From Paragordius varius (Eukaryota; Animalia; Nematomorpha): a DNA stretch of 64,000 nt. The notes under the pieces are model-generated. The model saw only the letters and a list, made by a program, of their open reading frames with translations. It made no database searches and had not been told where the DNA came from. The position numbers were made by a program, and so were the translations under genes. Position 1 is the first letter of the stretch; every line of letters begins with the position of its first letter. This document shows positions 1 to 13,032 of this stretch, in pieces. The stretch lies in contig OZ176060.1 of the NCBI GenBank assembly GCA_964247055.1, forward strand, positions 558,001-622,000. Direction: 5' to 3'.

Positions 1-3000
1 TGAGAATTTATCTTAAGAGGTTATAAATCATCAGAATAAAATCATCAATTCAAATGAAATATTAATTATAAAACGATAAAGTATCTATTTTTGGTTAATC
101 GAACAAGAAACAAGTGAAAAAAAATTATTTTTTTAAAAAATAATAGCAGGACCGTATAATTACTGCATTAATTAGATGGCATATTTTTAATACGTTTATT
201 TTTAAATATTATACTCTTGGCATAAACTAAACTTTATATACTTAAATAAATATTCATTCTTTATCAGGAGTTAATATGCATTTTTTTCACTTTTAAAGGT
301 AATATATATTTATAATTTTCAATTCTATAAAATAACACCCTCTCCTATGATGCTGTTAAAGTCACCTAGATAAATTTTTGATTATAAATAAATATATCTT
401 TAAAATCAAACAAAAAATTTTAATTAATTATCCACAAGCTAGGATATTAGCGGCTATGCCCCTTTGTAAGTTATGTGAACTCAATAAAAACTTATTCTCT
501 CTTTTTGCTTCCTGAAATAATATATAAAAAGGATACAGTAAAAACCGAAATTATACAGACAAACGTTATAATATTAAAGACAAAAATTATTTTCTAAAAG
601 ACTACCTTACATTTTTTAACCTTAATGTTTTTCATATATAAAGAATATAATTACAATTTAAAAAATATATAATTGATTGTGTCAGAATATAGATATCAAT
701 TCGATTATATGCAATTAAAAATGATGAATTATATTTACAAATAGAAAAATGAAGCTTAAATATGTATGGTTGTCTTTTGAAAAAAAAATGTCCTTATTTT
801 GTGCTGTATTAATTATTAAGAGAAATCGTAAACATATAAAGACAAATATATTTTTCTAAAAACATACTTTTTTAAATAAAATTTTTTCGAATAATCATCG
901 TTTTTGGTTAAAAAATAAGGAAGTTGTAAATCATTAAACCCAATTATATTATAAATTATAACTATACAGTTTTGGGAAAAATTAATGTTATAAAGAATAT
1001 GGTTGTCTTTTAGAAAAAAATAAGGTTGGTTTTATATTTTATGTTTTGTCCGTATATTTTCAATTTTTACTTTATTAAAACTATTTAAATGATATCGAAT
1101 ATCATTTTTTCGTATAAATGTTAGATTGTTTGATTTCCAAACATGTTTCAAAAATCAAAATTTCATATTTATATTTTTTATTTGGTACTATGAGGAGCTA
1201 AATGATTAGAAATTTATAAGAAATTGATAACAATTAATATCTTTTCGCTTAAGTTTCAATAAAAACATAGCTTTTATGAAAATGAAGGTTAAATTTTGTC
1301 TTCTTAATAAAACCTTAATAAATTAACATTTTATCTTTCCTTTTATTTACTATTAAAAAAACCATGTCTTAAAACAACAACAATAACATAAAATAAATTA
1401 AGTAAAAAAAGCAATATAAAGACAAATTATTATGTAAATTATTTAACTACAATTATTAAATATTACGTTGATTACCCAAACATTTAATATTTCATACATT
1501 AAAACAATATTTTGGGTGTTTACCCATTGTAGTACATTAAACATTTTATTATGTAATTAATGCCTATATTATTTTAAAAAAAGTAAAATCGAAAATTATC
1601 CAATTGATGGCTTAATTTTTTTATCGGAGACCAGTTTACTAATTCATTAATAGAGAACGAAATTGTTGATTTCGATTATAAAGAAAAACATGGTGAGGAA
1701 AAGTTTGATATCAATGTGTCTTTAGAATTTTACTTTTTTAAAAAAAATGGAATGCGTTCACAAATAGTGTAGTAATATTTGTCCGATAATGATATATCGC
1801 TTTGGGATACAAAACTACCTCAAATAATTAGTCAATAATAACATAAATATTATTCTCATCTTTTTTAAATAGGAGGGCACTTTACTTATATAATGAAAAC
1901 GGAATTATTCCATTTTTATGATAATATATTTGTTTATTGATATAAAAATTAAAGTATGATTCGATCAAACAGGTGGAAGATTTCACCAAACCTTAGTTAT
2001 TTACAACTAATTGGGTTATAAAATAAAATTTTTAATATATTATAAAATGTATAAATATGTTCATGAAACAAATTTTATTTTATTTTGTCTTTTTGTGTTT
2101 TTATTGGTTATTTTAATATTCTTCATAAAATGCAATCAGGGAATAATGCGAGCCATCTTCTTTATACAAAAACATTTATTTCATTTTTAAGCAATATAGT
2201 TGTGTATATAAAACAATTTTGTCCATAAATTAATAAATAAATTTTATGTTGTAATTTAATAAGAACGTTCATTTTACACCGTTTTTTGTTTTTATTCACT
2301 CAATACTGTATTGCCAATTGGCCTAAAATATTGTGAAGTAAAGTGGGTACTGTATATACTCTAAGTTTTTAAAATATTATAAATAGAAGTTTCACACTTG
2401 ATTAAAAAACCGTAAGAGAGTTTAATAAAAAAGTGGGCAAATTGTGTTATTTTCTGATATAGTAACAGTTCATATAACTTTCTTATATGACTCGTAAAGG
2501 CCAAAACCATAAGCACCATGATAATCTTTATACATTCTCCTGTCTGAATATAATCAGGTTATTTATTTTATACTTCTTGATTACGGACGCAGTTTAATAC
2601 AATTATAAACCCTTTAATTAATTAGACACGATTCTTTTAATTATACTTTTTCTTAATTTATTTAATATATTTAGGGTTTTTCGGCAAAAATTTTAATTAT
2701 AGACAAAAACATTGTGTATATGTAGCAAAAGTACCCAATAATATTTAATAAATTGCACAATATCAAAAGTTAAATAATATTCACATTTATTTAAAATATA
2801 ATTGCGTCTAATAATAACTGTATTATAAAGTTATCTAAAGATAATCAATTATAGAATTTTTAAGTTGAACAAAAAAGCCATCTATTTAAACCAAAATTAA
2901 AAATACACGGTCAAATAATATAACGATAATTTTTTTTATAGATAACTATATTTTTTTAACCTTATTTTTTTACTATATTAATTACTTAATTGTGCAATTT

Positions 3001-4520
3001 TATATACATAATTAATTGTTTAATACATATACATCTCTTATTTCAACTTTGTAATTTATATGTATATAGCTCTTTTGAAAAAAAATATTTGTCTTTATGC
3101 TTTCTGTAAAAATCAAATTTTACTGTAGTCTAAATTTTCATTTATATACTAGCGAGTGTAGCTATATCCGCCCCTCCATTTATGATTGTCTTTTTTTGCT
3201 CCAGCTATATTATATAAAAATAGTCCTTATATATCACTTAAGGTTTCCTGTCAAATTATTATATTCCAAAAAAAAATTTTTCATATAGGCAAATCACTTT
3301 TCCATTTACTTAAAAAATATTAAAATGATTTTGTATACGAGTTTCTCCTTTCAATTGTTAGATTGGTAGGTTAATGAACAATTTAAAAAATTAAATTTTA
3401 TAAATACATGGTACTATAAGCTAAATGATAACTAGTGTAAGAAAGTAATCGAATGTCATTTAATATATATATATCCCTTAGATTTACATAACATAACTTA
3501 TAGAGGTTTAAGTTTGGCCTTCTTAATACAACAGTAATTAATTTTTAACTTCTCACCCTCTTAATTTAAATTTATATATTAGAGACTATAGTAAAGAATG
3601 CCGTAAACTAAAGCACTAATTTGGTAAGGAATTCTAATCTAACAAAAGGGTAACCAAGATATGGCCAATAAAACATAAATCTCCCTAAAACATATACCAG
3701 AAGTTGCAAATTAAATACCATTACACGCTAATAAAATAAAATTAAAATTGGTTATAAAACAGAAATAATGGGCAAAAATAAATATAAATTGGCTATATAA
3801 AATGCGTCAATTTAATCATATCTAATTACATACTACATACATATATGATATACTAATGGTTTGAGTATTTTTTTAATTTATAGGTTCTAACAACTCATGT
3901 TTCATATGCCAATAATTATATTATAAAATATATTGAGCTAAGAATTCAAGTCATAGATTAACAAGTTGATAAAACTTTATAAAATAACTAAACAGGCGAA
4001 ATGTTTTAAATATCAAATACACGCTCAATACAAAATTGTAGGAAGATTTTATATTTAACTTTAAGCGACTTATCTTATTTTTTAAATATCAAAAAAATAT
4101 TGACTATTCACATAAAGTAGAAAAAAAGATACATTTTTTTTAAAAAAACTCACAATATGTTACTATTTCCACCCTAAAATGCGCAGATTTATTTTACGTA
4201 GGGTAAATTATAAATTTATGTATAACTGAATTAAATTTGGTTAAAAATTTGACTTTCTTCTAGTTGAAGTTAAGAATTAGTTCAGTGCAAGATCAACGAT
4301 TATTATTTTTAAATTAATAAATTTTATTACATCTAATATATCTATAAAATTTATCTAAAAAGATTTTTGGTTTTTATTAATCTTTTATTATCTTTTTAAA
4401 AGTATTTTTATTATCACAAAAAAATATAACTATATAAATAGAAATTTTAGATAAGTATATGCCATCTTTATATTAAATATTATTATTATGTATATAAACC
4501 TATTTTAGTGAATATAAATT

Positions 4521-4690
4521 ATCCTGAAAAGACCACCAAAAATAGAAAAAATAATCGAATTCGAACAAAAATGTACTCATATGGCAAAAATGAGAGTAAT
4601 ATTGATAATAATTTTAATACAAAGCCTAAAAAAATGAAATTATACACTACTCAAAAAAAATGTCTGAATGTATATAATATAATAAAATAT
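4521..4690 (+). pseudogene. Remnant of ZF-family linker (type-II linker, like copy F)
   Basis: Sequence ctgaaaagaccaccaaaa...tatggcaaaaatgagagtaatattgataataattttaat aligns to the linker of copy F (YGKNESNIDNNFN); frameshifted, no fingers or N-terminus. Confidence 0.7.
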
Positions 4691-6656
4691 ATAAATTTGT
4701 TTAAAAACCATAAAATATTAACGAATTCAGTTAAAATTTAATTTATTAATATAAAGAATCGTGTCTAATTAATTATAGGGTTATAATATTTTAATGCACT
4801 GCCCTCGAAATGAAGTATAAAAAAACCTGAAAAAATATTTGTAATATATATATATATATTTTGATAAGAAAATTTATCACAAGATTATCATGGTGCTTAT
4901 GGTTTTGGCCCTTAATGATTTAAAAAAGTTATTTACAGTTTTGTGGTGAGTGATCTTTATCAGAAAATGGCAGAATTTGCGCACTTTTTTGTAATAAAAT
5001 TTTTTAGTAAAAGCAAAATGCTTTATTAAAAAAATATTGTTAACAAGTATAGTTACTGATGATAACTCAATGTCTCACAAATGTAATATATATACTCTGA
5101 AAAAATGTATTAGGATTATCATGGTGCTTCTTTTGGTTTAAGAGTTATATAAGAAAGTTATTTAAACTTTTGTGAAGAGTGTTATATATCAGAAAATGAC
5201 AAAATTTGAGCACTTTTTGCAATGAAATTTTTTTGGTAACTTTAGGCTTCATTCTAATTAATATTATTACAATTCATCATATATTACATATAAAAAAAAA
5301 ATATTTTCAAAATTATTAAATTTTTAGATTTGGACTCCGAAAGACCCAAATAATCTTCGAAAAAGTGTTGGTCACCCTAAAATAAACGCAAAAATGCTGG
5401 GATTACACGATAAAATTTTTCAATATATGTTAAATATTGATACTAAAAATATTTATATAAAAATCCAATTTTTTTCTAAATTCTTATATTTTTAGTAAAA
5501 TTTTGTTGAAGCGTACTTCATACTATTTTTGAGGCATGATGGAAACAGTTTAAATATTATTAAAACACTTTTTCTATAATCACCTCAGAACTTCGATTAA
5601 TCTGTTTGTCTTCTAGTTAAATATAATTTTTTTACAATCCCAAAAATTTGAAAGCAGTCGAGTTTCTCTAATTAAAATTCTGAACCGTTCGAAATGTTTA
5701 CACTATTAAATTATATAACAGTTTTAATATATTTTAAAGCTTTATACTCATTCCATAAAATTAATTTAAAAAGCGAGAAGCAGATTTTGGCCAAATATTT
5801 TATAAAAAAAGTAAATCTTTAAAATACTGCATGTATTTTATTTTGAAAATAGCAGAGCCATATATTACCTTCATATATAAACAGATGGCATATTTTATAA
5901 TACCATCGTTAAAATATTTATATTAAGGGTTAAAATAAACTAACTGTGTTTAATATATATTTGTTTTTTGCAAAGTATAAATATTCACCCTTTTCTATTA
6001 TGAAGTTAATAAGCATAACATCTTATATACAGTATGCATTTTAAAGTATCTTAAGTGTTTATATTGTCATCAAATAACATAAATGATTTAACAAATGCGT
6101 AAAATACTGATCCACAGAATTATTTCGCTACACATATGAAACAAATTGACGTGAGAATTAAGGCTTAATTTGATGGTAAAAAATTTTTTGCAATTTATGT
6201 TAACATATATATTGTGGTTACGTATTTAGATACGGAATTTTGCAAATTTTTATCCCTAATAGGTATTTTAAGATTATTTATGTTAATTATTCCTAATTAA
6301 TTTTAATAATTATTATGTTTCAACATGATAGATATTATGCAAAATTGGTATTTTTATTATTTTCTATAGTTGTTATTACTAACTAAAACAGGTAATATAG
6401 GTTTGTGTAAATTTATGTAGATTTTAGATTGTTTTTGGTTTTAGGCATAATTATTAATAATTTAAGTATTTCGGATATTTTAATAAATGCCTTTATAAAT
6501 TTGGTCAAATTTAAATTTTTTCGGTTACATTACTTTCCTTATTTTTCCACCAAATACGACAAGGGTATTCGAAACAATTAAATGAAAAAAAGTTTTATCT
6601 AAAAATTTGTCTTTATATTTTCACGTTTTGTCCTTATAATCTCAATTTTAAGTGTA

Positions 6657-6873
6657 CAATACCCACTTTATTGTTGGCCAATTCACATTCAATTAGTATA
6701 CAGTAGCCTATGAAATAAAACAATTTTTGTCCATAAATTAATGAATAAATTTGATGATGTAATTTAATACGTACAAATGTTCATTTCACACCGTTTGTAG
6801 TTTTTTACACACACGTAACTGTATTGCCAATTGGCTATAATATGTGAAGTGACCAACAATAAAATGGTTACTG
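6657..6873. mobile_element. MITE family 3 (Tc1/mariner-type, ~217 bp), part of the ZF 3' flank module
   Basis: Terminal inverted repeats CA(G/A)TACCCACTTTATTGTTGGCCA... / ...TGACCAACAATAAAATGGTTACTG with TA on both sides; related copies near 2200-2350, 15595-15720, 20495-20700, 28175-28385, 33455-33660, 49640-49850, 62700-62870. Confidence 0.7.
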
Positions 6874-7474
6874 TATATACTTTAAGTTTTATATCTATAT
6901 AACAAATAGGCTCTACAGTTTAATCGGAATGCCACGCTTTTCTAATGTAAGTGTCAGCTCAAGCTTAAAGGTTACGATGAGCCTTTTTCATAAAAACAGT
7001 AAAGCGCTAAGAACCTAAAACTATGAAATATTCGCATAGAAACTCTAAAATTTAAAAATTTGTTGGCAAGAAAGGTTGTTTTTTTAGATAAGATAGCATC
7101 ATAATTAAAATTTAACTAAATTACTATTATATAATTAATAATATTATTAAATGTTTATTATATATATAAACAAAAACATAGAAACAATAAATGAGAAATA
7201 AGAATGACATATATCCAGATATAATCCAACATATAATAATATCTAAAAATTAGTATGGATAAAATGGTTCTTTATATACAATTTTTTAAAAACGTTTATT
7301 GTTGTTTTTTTCTTAACAAATGATAAGTTAAAACCATTTGTCATTGAGAGTGGTTTAAACCATGTCAACAAACAATTTATTAAATTTACAACCATATACT
7401 AAAAAGAAAAAAAAGACACAAAAAATAAATAAGGGACAACAACTTTGAGTGGAAAACAAAAGAGTCCATATGAG

Positions 7475-8030
7475 ATTAATGATCAAGAATGACTTTCCAT
7501 ATATCACTCATCTTTTGTCCTTCTTCCTCTCAGTTAAAGTTGTTTTCTTTGAGGATCTCTAATGATTCCCGTGTAAGCCTTTGATTATTATTGAAAATTG
7601 TAATGCAACTGACATTGTCAAAGCAAACATTATGATTTTCCTTCCAACAATGTTCCGCAATACAACTTTTAAAATCTCCATTCTTTATGTTATACTTGTG
7701 TTCATTCAGGCGTGTTTTAATTTTCCTTGCGGTTTGGCCGATATAAACCTTGCCACACTCGCATGGAACTTTATACACCCCTGGATAATTTAATTTGGAT
7801 TTATTATTATTTGATAAAAAAGTTTTTAATTTAAGACCTGGTTTAAACCCCACATCAATGTCAAATTGCTTTAAAGTGTGAGCTATGCGATCGGTGATGT
7901 TCTGTATATATGGTAATGAAATAAAAAACTTATAATTTTTTGTGTTTTCCTTGGTATTATTTAGTGATAAAATTGCTCGATGGATATATTAAAGTTAGTA
8001 GGGGTATCGTCCCTTTTAATAAGATTGATT
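7475..8030 (-). mobile_element. Penelope-like retroelement fragment (end of RT region plus GIY-YIG endonuclease)
   Basis: Frame reads ISLPYIQNITDRIAHTLKQFDIDVGFKPGLKLKTFL...GVYKVPCECGKVYIGQTARKIKTRLNEH...IAEHCW...RESLEI..NFN*EEG..MSDIW, the typical PLE C-terminus; premature TGA at 7530-7532. Confidence 0.9.
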
Positions 8031-8039
8031 AGCGCTCTC

Positions 8040-8230
8040 TATGTAAAACAAAGAGCGATAATAAGAACATCAGCGGGACATAGACGAAATACCTATCTTG
8101 AAAAGAGTCAGACAAGGGTGTTGCTTATCCCCTTATCTGTTCAATATGTGCACAGAAATGATAATGAGGAAGTTAGATGTTAATAATATTGGAGTAAGAA
8201 TAGGAGGGAGAACAATCAATAATTTAAGGT
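8040..8230 (+). mobile_element. RTE-clade LINE reverse transcriptase fragment
   Basis: Frame reads RVRQGCCLSPYLFNMCTEMIMRKLDVNNIGVRIGGRTINNLR and breaks off just before the YADD motif. Confidence 0.85.
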
Positions 8231-8460
8231 CGAGTTCGACCCCTTGGAAATCATGAGGAGTTCTCTTCACTTTACTATTTACCATGCTATTTCTTTCAAA
8301 TCCTTATACATCTACCAGATTCCTTCTTTACAGTCTCCAGTCATATTGACATCGGTCTTCCCTTTTTTCTTTACTGTTCAACTTTTCTAAAAATCAAATT
8401 CAAGAGGTGTATTTCTTAAGATGCGACCAATGTACGACTTTCTTTTTACGACTTATACAA
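8231..8460 (-). mobile_element. RTE-clade LINE C-terminal fragment, opposite orientation to the adjacent piece
   Basis: Degraded frames RKSYIGRILRNTPLE...KKGKT...MYKDLKEIAW resemble the RTE C-terminal GHIxR...KRGRP region. Confidence 0.55.
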
Positions 8461-9873
8461 TTTCAAATATATAATTTATATAGTAAAAAAATTAAGGTTT
8501 AAAAAAATATAGTTATCTAGAAAAAATTATCCTTATATTACTTGTCCGTGTATTTTTAATTTTGGTTTAAATAGATGGCTTATTTTGTTTTACTTTTAAA
8601 GATTATGGAAATTCTTTAAGTAACTTTATAATACATTTATGATTAGGCGAAAATATATTTTAAATAAATGTGGATATTATTTAACTTTTGAAATGGTATA
8701 ATTTATTGAATATTTTTGGGTACTTTTGCTATACATATACACAATGTTTTAGTCTATAATTAAAATTTTTGCCTAAAAACCATAAATATAATTAATAAAT
8801 TAAGAAAAGTATTAACTTATTACTTTAAAAAATAGTGTCTAATTTATTATATCTTTATAATTGTATTAAACTGCGTCCGTAATCAACAAGTATAAAAAAA
8901 ATAACTTGATTATATTCAAACAGGAGAATGTATAGAGATTATCAGGGTGCTTATGGTTTAGGCCCTTACGAGTGATATAGGAAAGATATTTAAACTTTTT
9001 AAATAAAATTCTTTTGGTGAAAGTTAAATGCTCCATTCCAAAAAAAATCACTCAAATTCATCATAAACTACAATAAAATGTAAAAACAATAATATCAAAA
9101 TTTATTAAATTTTTAGAAGTAGGCCCAGATGATCCGAAATATTTTTGGTATTCCAAAATGGGTTAAGCCTTTTAAAATAAACGCACAAATGCCGAGATTG
9201 CGCGATAAAATATTATATATGTTAATATATAGAAATTTATAAAAATGGAAATTTTTAAAGTTTATTTAGCAAAATTTTATACTATTAGAGGTATGATGGT
9301 AACAGTATAAAAGTGTTTAAGATATTATATAAGCACTTTTTCTACATAGTTCGATGATCTAAACATAACTTCACCTCAGAACTTCGTTTAAAGGTCTATG
9401 TCTCCAATTTAAATATAAATTTCTTTTCAATCCCGAAAATTTGAAAGCAAATACCTGTATAATTAAAATTTTTAACCGTTCAAAATGTTCACTATTGATT
9501 TATATAGAAATAGTTTTTGTATAGCTTAAAGTGTTTTTAAACCATTTCCATAAATTAATTCGAGTAACAATTTCGGACAATTTTTGTCAAATAAAAAACA
9601 AAACATATAAAATCCAAAATTTAGCATGTATTTAATTTTAAAAATAGCAAAGCCATACATTACCTTTATATTAATTAAACAGATGGCATAATATCTTTTA
9701 ATTCCATATTAATTATTATTAGGGGTTAAAATGAAGTAACTATGTTTAAAAAAATTAATATTTCTTAGGAAGGTATAAATATCCACCTTTTTTACTTTTA
9801 TGAAGTTAGTAAGCATAAAATATTTATCATTATATATATAAAAAATCTTTATAAATACCGTAAATCAATTTAG

Positions 9874-10062
9874 CAATGGCAAAGGCCTGTTTTGAATTTT
9901 TATCAATATGATGAAAACAGTTTTACATGCGATTTATATGTGGGTCTTATTAAAGAGTTTTGTTTATATTATTTGTGGATATCCGTGCATCTTTATGAAT
10001 CCTTAAATAAATTTAGCAATGATGAAAAGCTTAAGGTCTGGAAGGCTTTAGCCAAGAAATGA
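9874..10062 (+). other. Possible orphan exon or decayed coding fragment, product unknown
   Basis: 62 open codons directly after tttag (QWQRPVLNFYQYDENSFTCDLYVGLIKEFCLYYLWISVHLYESLNKFSNDEKLKVWKALAKK*), locally higher GC; no recognisable motif. Confidence 0.25.
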
Positions 10063-10747
10063 TCAATATTTCAATATTTTAAAATATACTTATTTATTGT
10101 GTAAAAATAAATTATTACAAAATTATGTCAAATAAATTCGTTCTCCGATCTACTCCTGTCTGATGGCTATTCGATATAAGAGCTGTCTGATCTTCTGATA
10201 TAAACTTTGCTAACTTATTTTCGTCATTTATGGTTCTATAGAAATATATATTACTGAATTCATACCAAATTTAAAAATAATCGATAGTATTCCTGATGAT
10301 ATTAGCATTTAAATGGTTTCAGGTGAGGAAAATTATATGATGTCATATTCTGAATCCTAGAAAAAACATATCGATAGGATTTTCTAAATATTCAGTTGAA
10401 CTTGCTTATAAACTTGAACTGACTACTATCTCTTGCCTTAAAGCACTAAAACATTATAACCTTTAACAAGCATTTCCCGAAAAATATTTTTTGATACATA
10501 TCACAAATTTTCCATAACCTACCATATATATATTAAATTTCTTTATTTAGGCTAATACAGTTTTCACATTCCAAAAATTCCTCCATTTCAACAGAATGAT
10601 AGGAAGGCTCATTCACCACTTTTAATAATCCATGTGAATGAGCCTGCTCAACTGGCTCATTCACATGGCCCTAAGTGAATTCTTGGTCTGTAAAGATTTA
10701 TTGCATCATTTATAAATTATTTTTTATAACTGAAACATAAATTTTAG

Positions 10748-11550
10748 ATTTTGGCGACTCAACTTGCAAACTTTGGTGTGATCTCGATACTAAGCTTTAT
10801 AAAGTACAACTCAAAAATCAACAAGAAACGTATATTGATGATCCATCTAAACCGGCATCTTTTATCAATTTATTGGAAAATAAATGTTTCACAAATGAGG
10901 ATTTACGGAGAATTCTTAACGCTTCTTTCCATATCCTTTGTTATTTAAGGGAACAGAAAAGTGAAAATACTCTACAAAATAATATTTTGAATGATGAAAA
11001 TACCGAAACCATCAAAGATACCCTAATTATTGATTTGGTAGGAGAACAGACGGAACCTTTAGATCTTTCTCTAAGAAAATCACCAAAAAATGTAAAAGAT
11101 ATAAGCTCGATATCTTCAATCATTGATTCCGGTAACATAAGCTTGAATTATATTAACAAGCTATTTGATGATAGTAACAAAAAACTTATTAAATCTTTAC
11201 ACGTTTCGAAATTGGAGAATTGTTATCGATGTATTCAATGTGATAATATTTATAAATATAAACATGTATTAGCCAGACATATTAGTTCTGTTCATGAACA
11301 AGTGAAATATCCGTGCAAAATTTGTTCAAAAATCTTTTCTAAAGGTAATCTTGCTAGGCACATTAAGTCGGTTCATGAGAAAATTAAACATGAATGTCCG
11401 ATTTGTAAAAAAGAATTTACTCAAAAATGCCATCTTGCAACACACATTCATGCTGTTCATGAGAAAATTACATATAATTGTAAGATTTGTAAAAAGGAAT
11501 ATACGGACAAACACTATCTTAACAGGCACATTAAAAATGTACATAATTGA
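10748..11550 (+). CDS. ZF-family copy A, terminal exon (N-terminal region, PLDLS, 4 C2H2 fingers); first exon not found
   Basis: Acceptor ttttag|AT at 10747/10748; open frame FGDSTCKLWCDLDTKLY...EPLDLS...4 x CxxC...HxxxxH, TGA at 11548-11550. No in-frame ATG in the exon, and the family exon-1 block is absent upstream. Confidence 0.75.
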
Positions 11551-11894
11551 ACACTTTATAATATAATACATGTAGCATTTGTTCACATAATATATTTTGT
11601 TTTAAAATTATGATTTTCGCATATGATATATATTGAGATTAATGTTATTTTATGAAGTTTTGCAAAATGCATCGTTAATAAAATATTTGAAATGCTATTT
11701 GACCGCTCTGTTCTGGACCTTTTTTTTGTAGAAAAAAAATTACAGTAAAAATCAAAATTATACCTTTAAAACCTATAATTATAAACACAAATATTTTTTT
11801 AGGACAACCATAATTTTATCTCCTTGATTTTCTAAATTATAACTGATTGGCCTACATTGCAGATTGTAAAATAGAGTTTAATTCGTATCAAATC

Positions 11895-12400
11895 CTAGAA
11901 CACTTCAAGTTGGTCCTTGAACGTTTCAGGTTGGTCTTTGAACATTTAAAGTAGTTGATCCATAAATACTTAGAATTAGTCATTTGACATTTTTGTTTGT
12001 TTATACCTTTTGTCAATCAAATCGTTAATCATTCATCTATTTATCGTTTTTAACTTATTTTCTATTACTAACATAAATTTTAAATCAATATCAACTTTTA
12101 ATAATTGAAAAACCGTATAGCTTTATTATTTTCTTTAAATTATTTAGGATATTTAAGATGTTAACACTTAATTAAAAAATATATAAGTTTGCTTGGTTAT
12201 TATTTTCAATTTCGAAGACAATTAAAAGTCAATAATTTTGTTAAATGGAAAAAATAGTTTGAGACAAAATGGTTTTAAAATAAAAAATTTTATATTATGT
12301 GTATAATATGTATAAAAAGGTAGGTTAAAAATCATAAAATACATAAAAATATTTTAAGGACCAACTTGAAGTGTTCAAGCACACTCTTGAAGTGATGGTA
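11895..12400. mobile_element. MITE family 2 copy (TIRs built from 21-bp repeats), left end eroded
   Basis: ttcaagttggtccttgaac repeats at 11903-11970, inverted copy near 12355-12395, internal sequence alignable to 31690-32115. Confidence 0.7.
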
Positions 12401-12967
12401 TATGATAAGCATAACATATTCATATATACTACTAAACTATAGCCAATGTGTTTAGATCACCTCATAATATATATTTCTGGTTAAATATATATATATATAT
12501 ATTTAAATATTTAATTATCTAAACTAATTCAAATTTTTAAAAAGGAACTAAGGAGATTAAATGTTTTATTATGGCTATCAAAACTAACTATTTTATCTAA
12601 AATATGTAACATAAACCTCAGACACATTGTAAAAACTTATTATAATAAAAATAAATTTATTTTAATAAAATTCTAAGGGTTAAATAGGCAAAGATTATAG
12701 TTTTTAGGAAAACAATCAAGAGATTACACATAGTAGAGTTAAAAACCCAAAAGTTTAGTTTACACAAATAAGTTGTATATATTTTGGCATTTGTTTCGTA
12801 TGAATAAATATTTTCAAACATTACACATAAAATTTCAAATTAATCAACTGCTCTATCGTATATTTATATCGTCAAACAAAATAAAAATGAGAATAAATAT
12901 TGGCAAAATGTAAAAATATAAAGACAAATATTTTTTAAAAAACACCATGCTTTTTAAATCTTGATAA

Positions 12968-12970
<3 letters not shown>

Positions 12971-13030
<60 letters not shown>
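12971..13030. repeat. (AT)30 microsatellite
   Basis: Perfect AT dinucleotide run; shorter runs near 18885, 24868, 25907 and 28266. Confidence 0.95.

Positions 13031-13032
<2 letters not shown>

Noticed and set aside
8226-8245. GTTCGACCC, a tRNA or SINE B-box-like word
   Set aside because: No A box or cloverleaf; it lies at an RTE fragment junction.
8915-8975. Recurring MYxDYHGAYGFGP-like peptide after a cag acceptor (also ~2500 minus, 4880, 5110, 63175)
   Set aside because: Stops occur within or right after it in several copies and it is embedded in dispersed TIR-element-like sequence; more likely a non-coding repeat.
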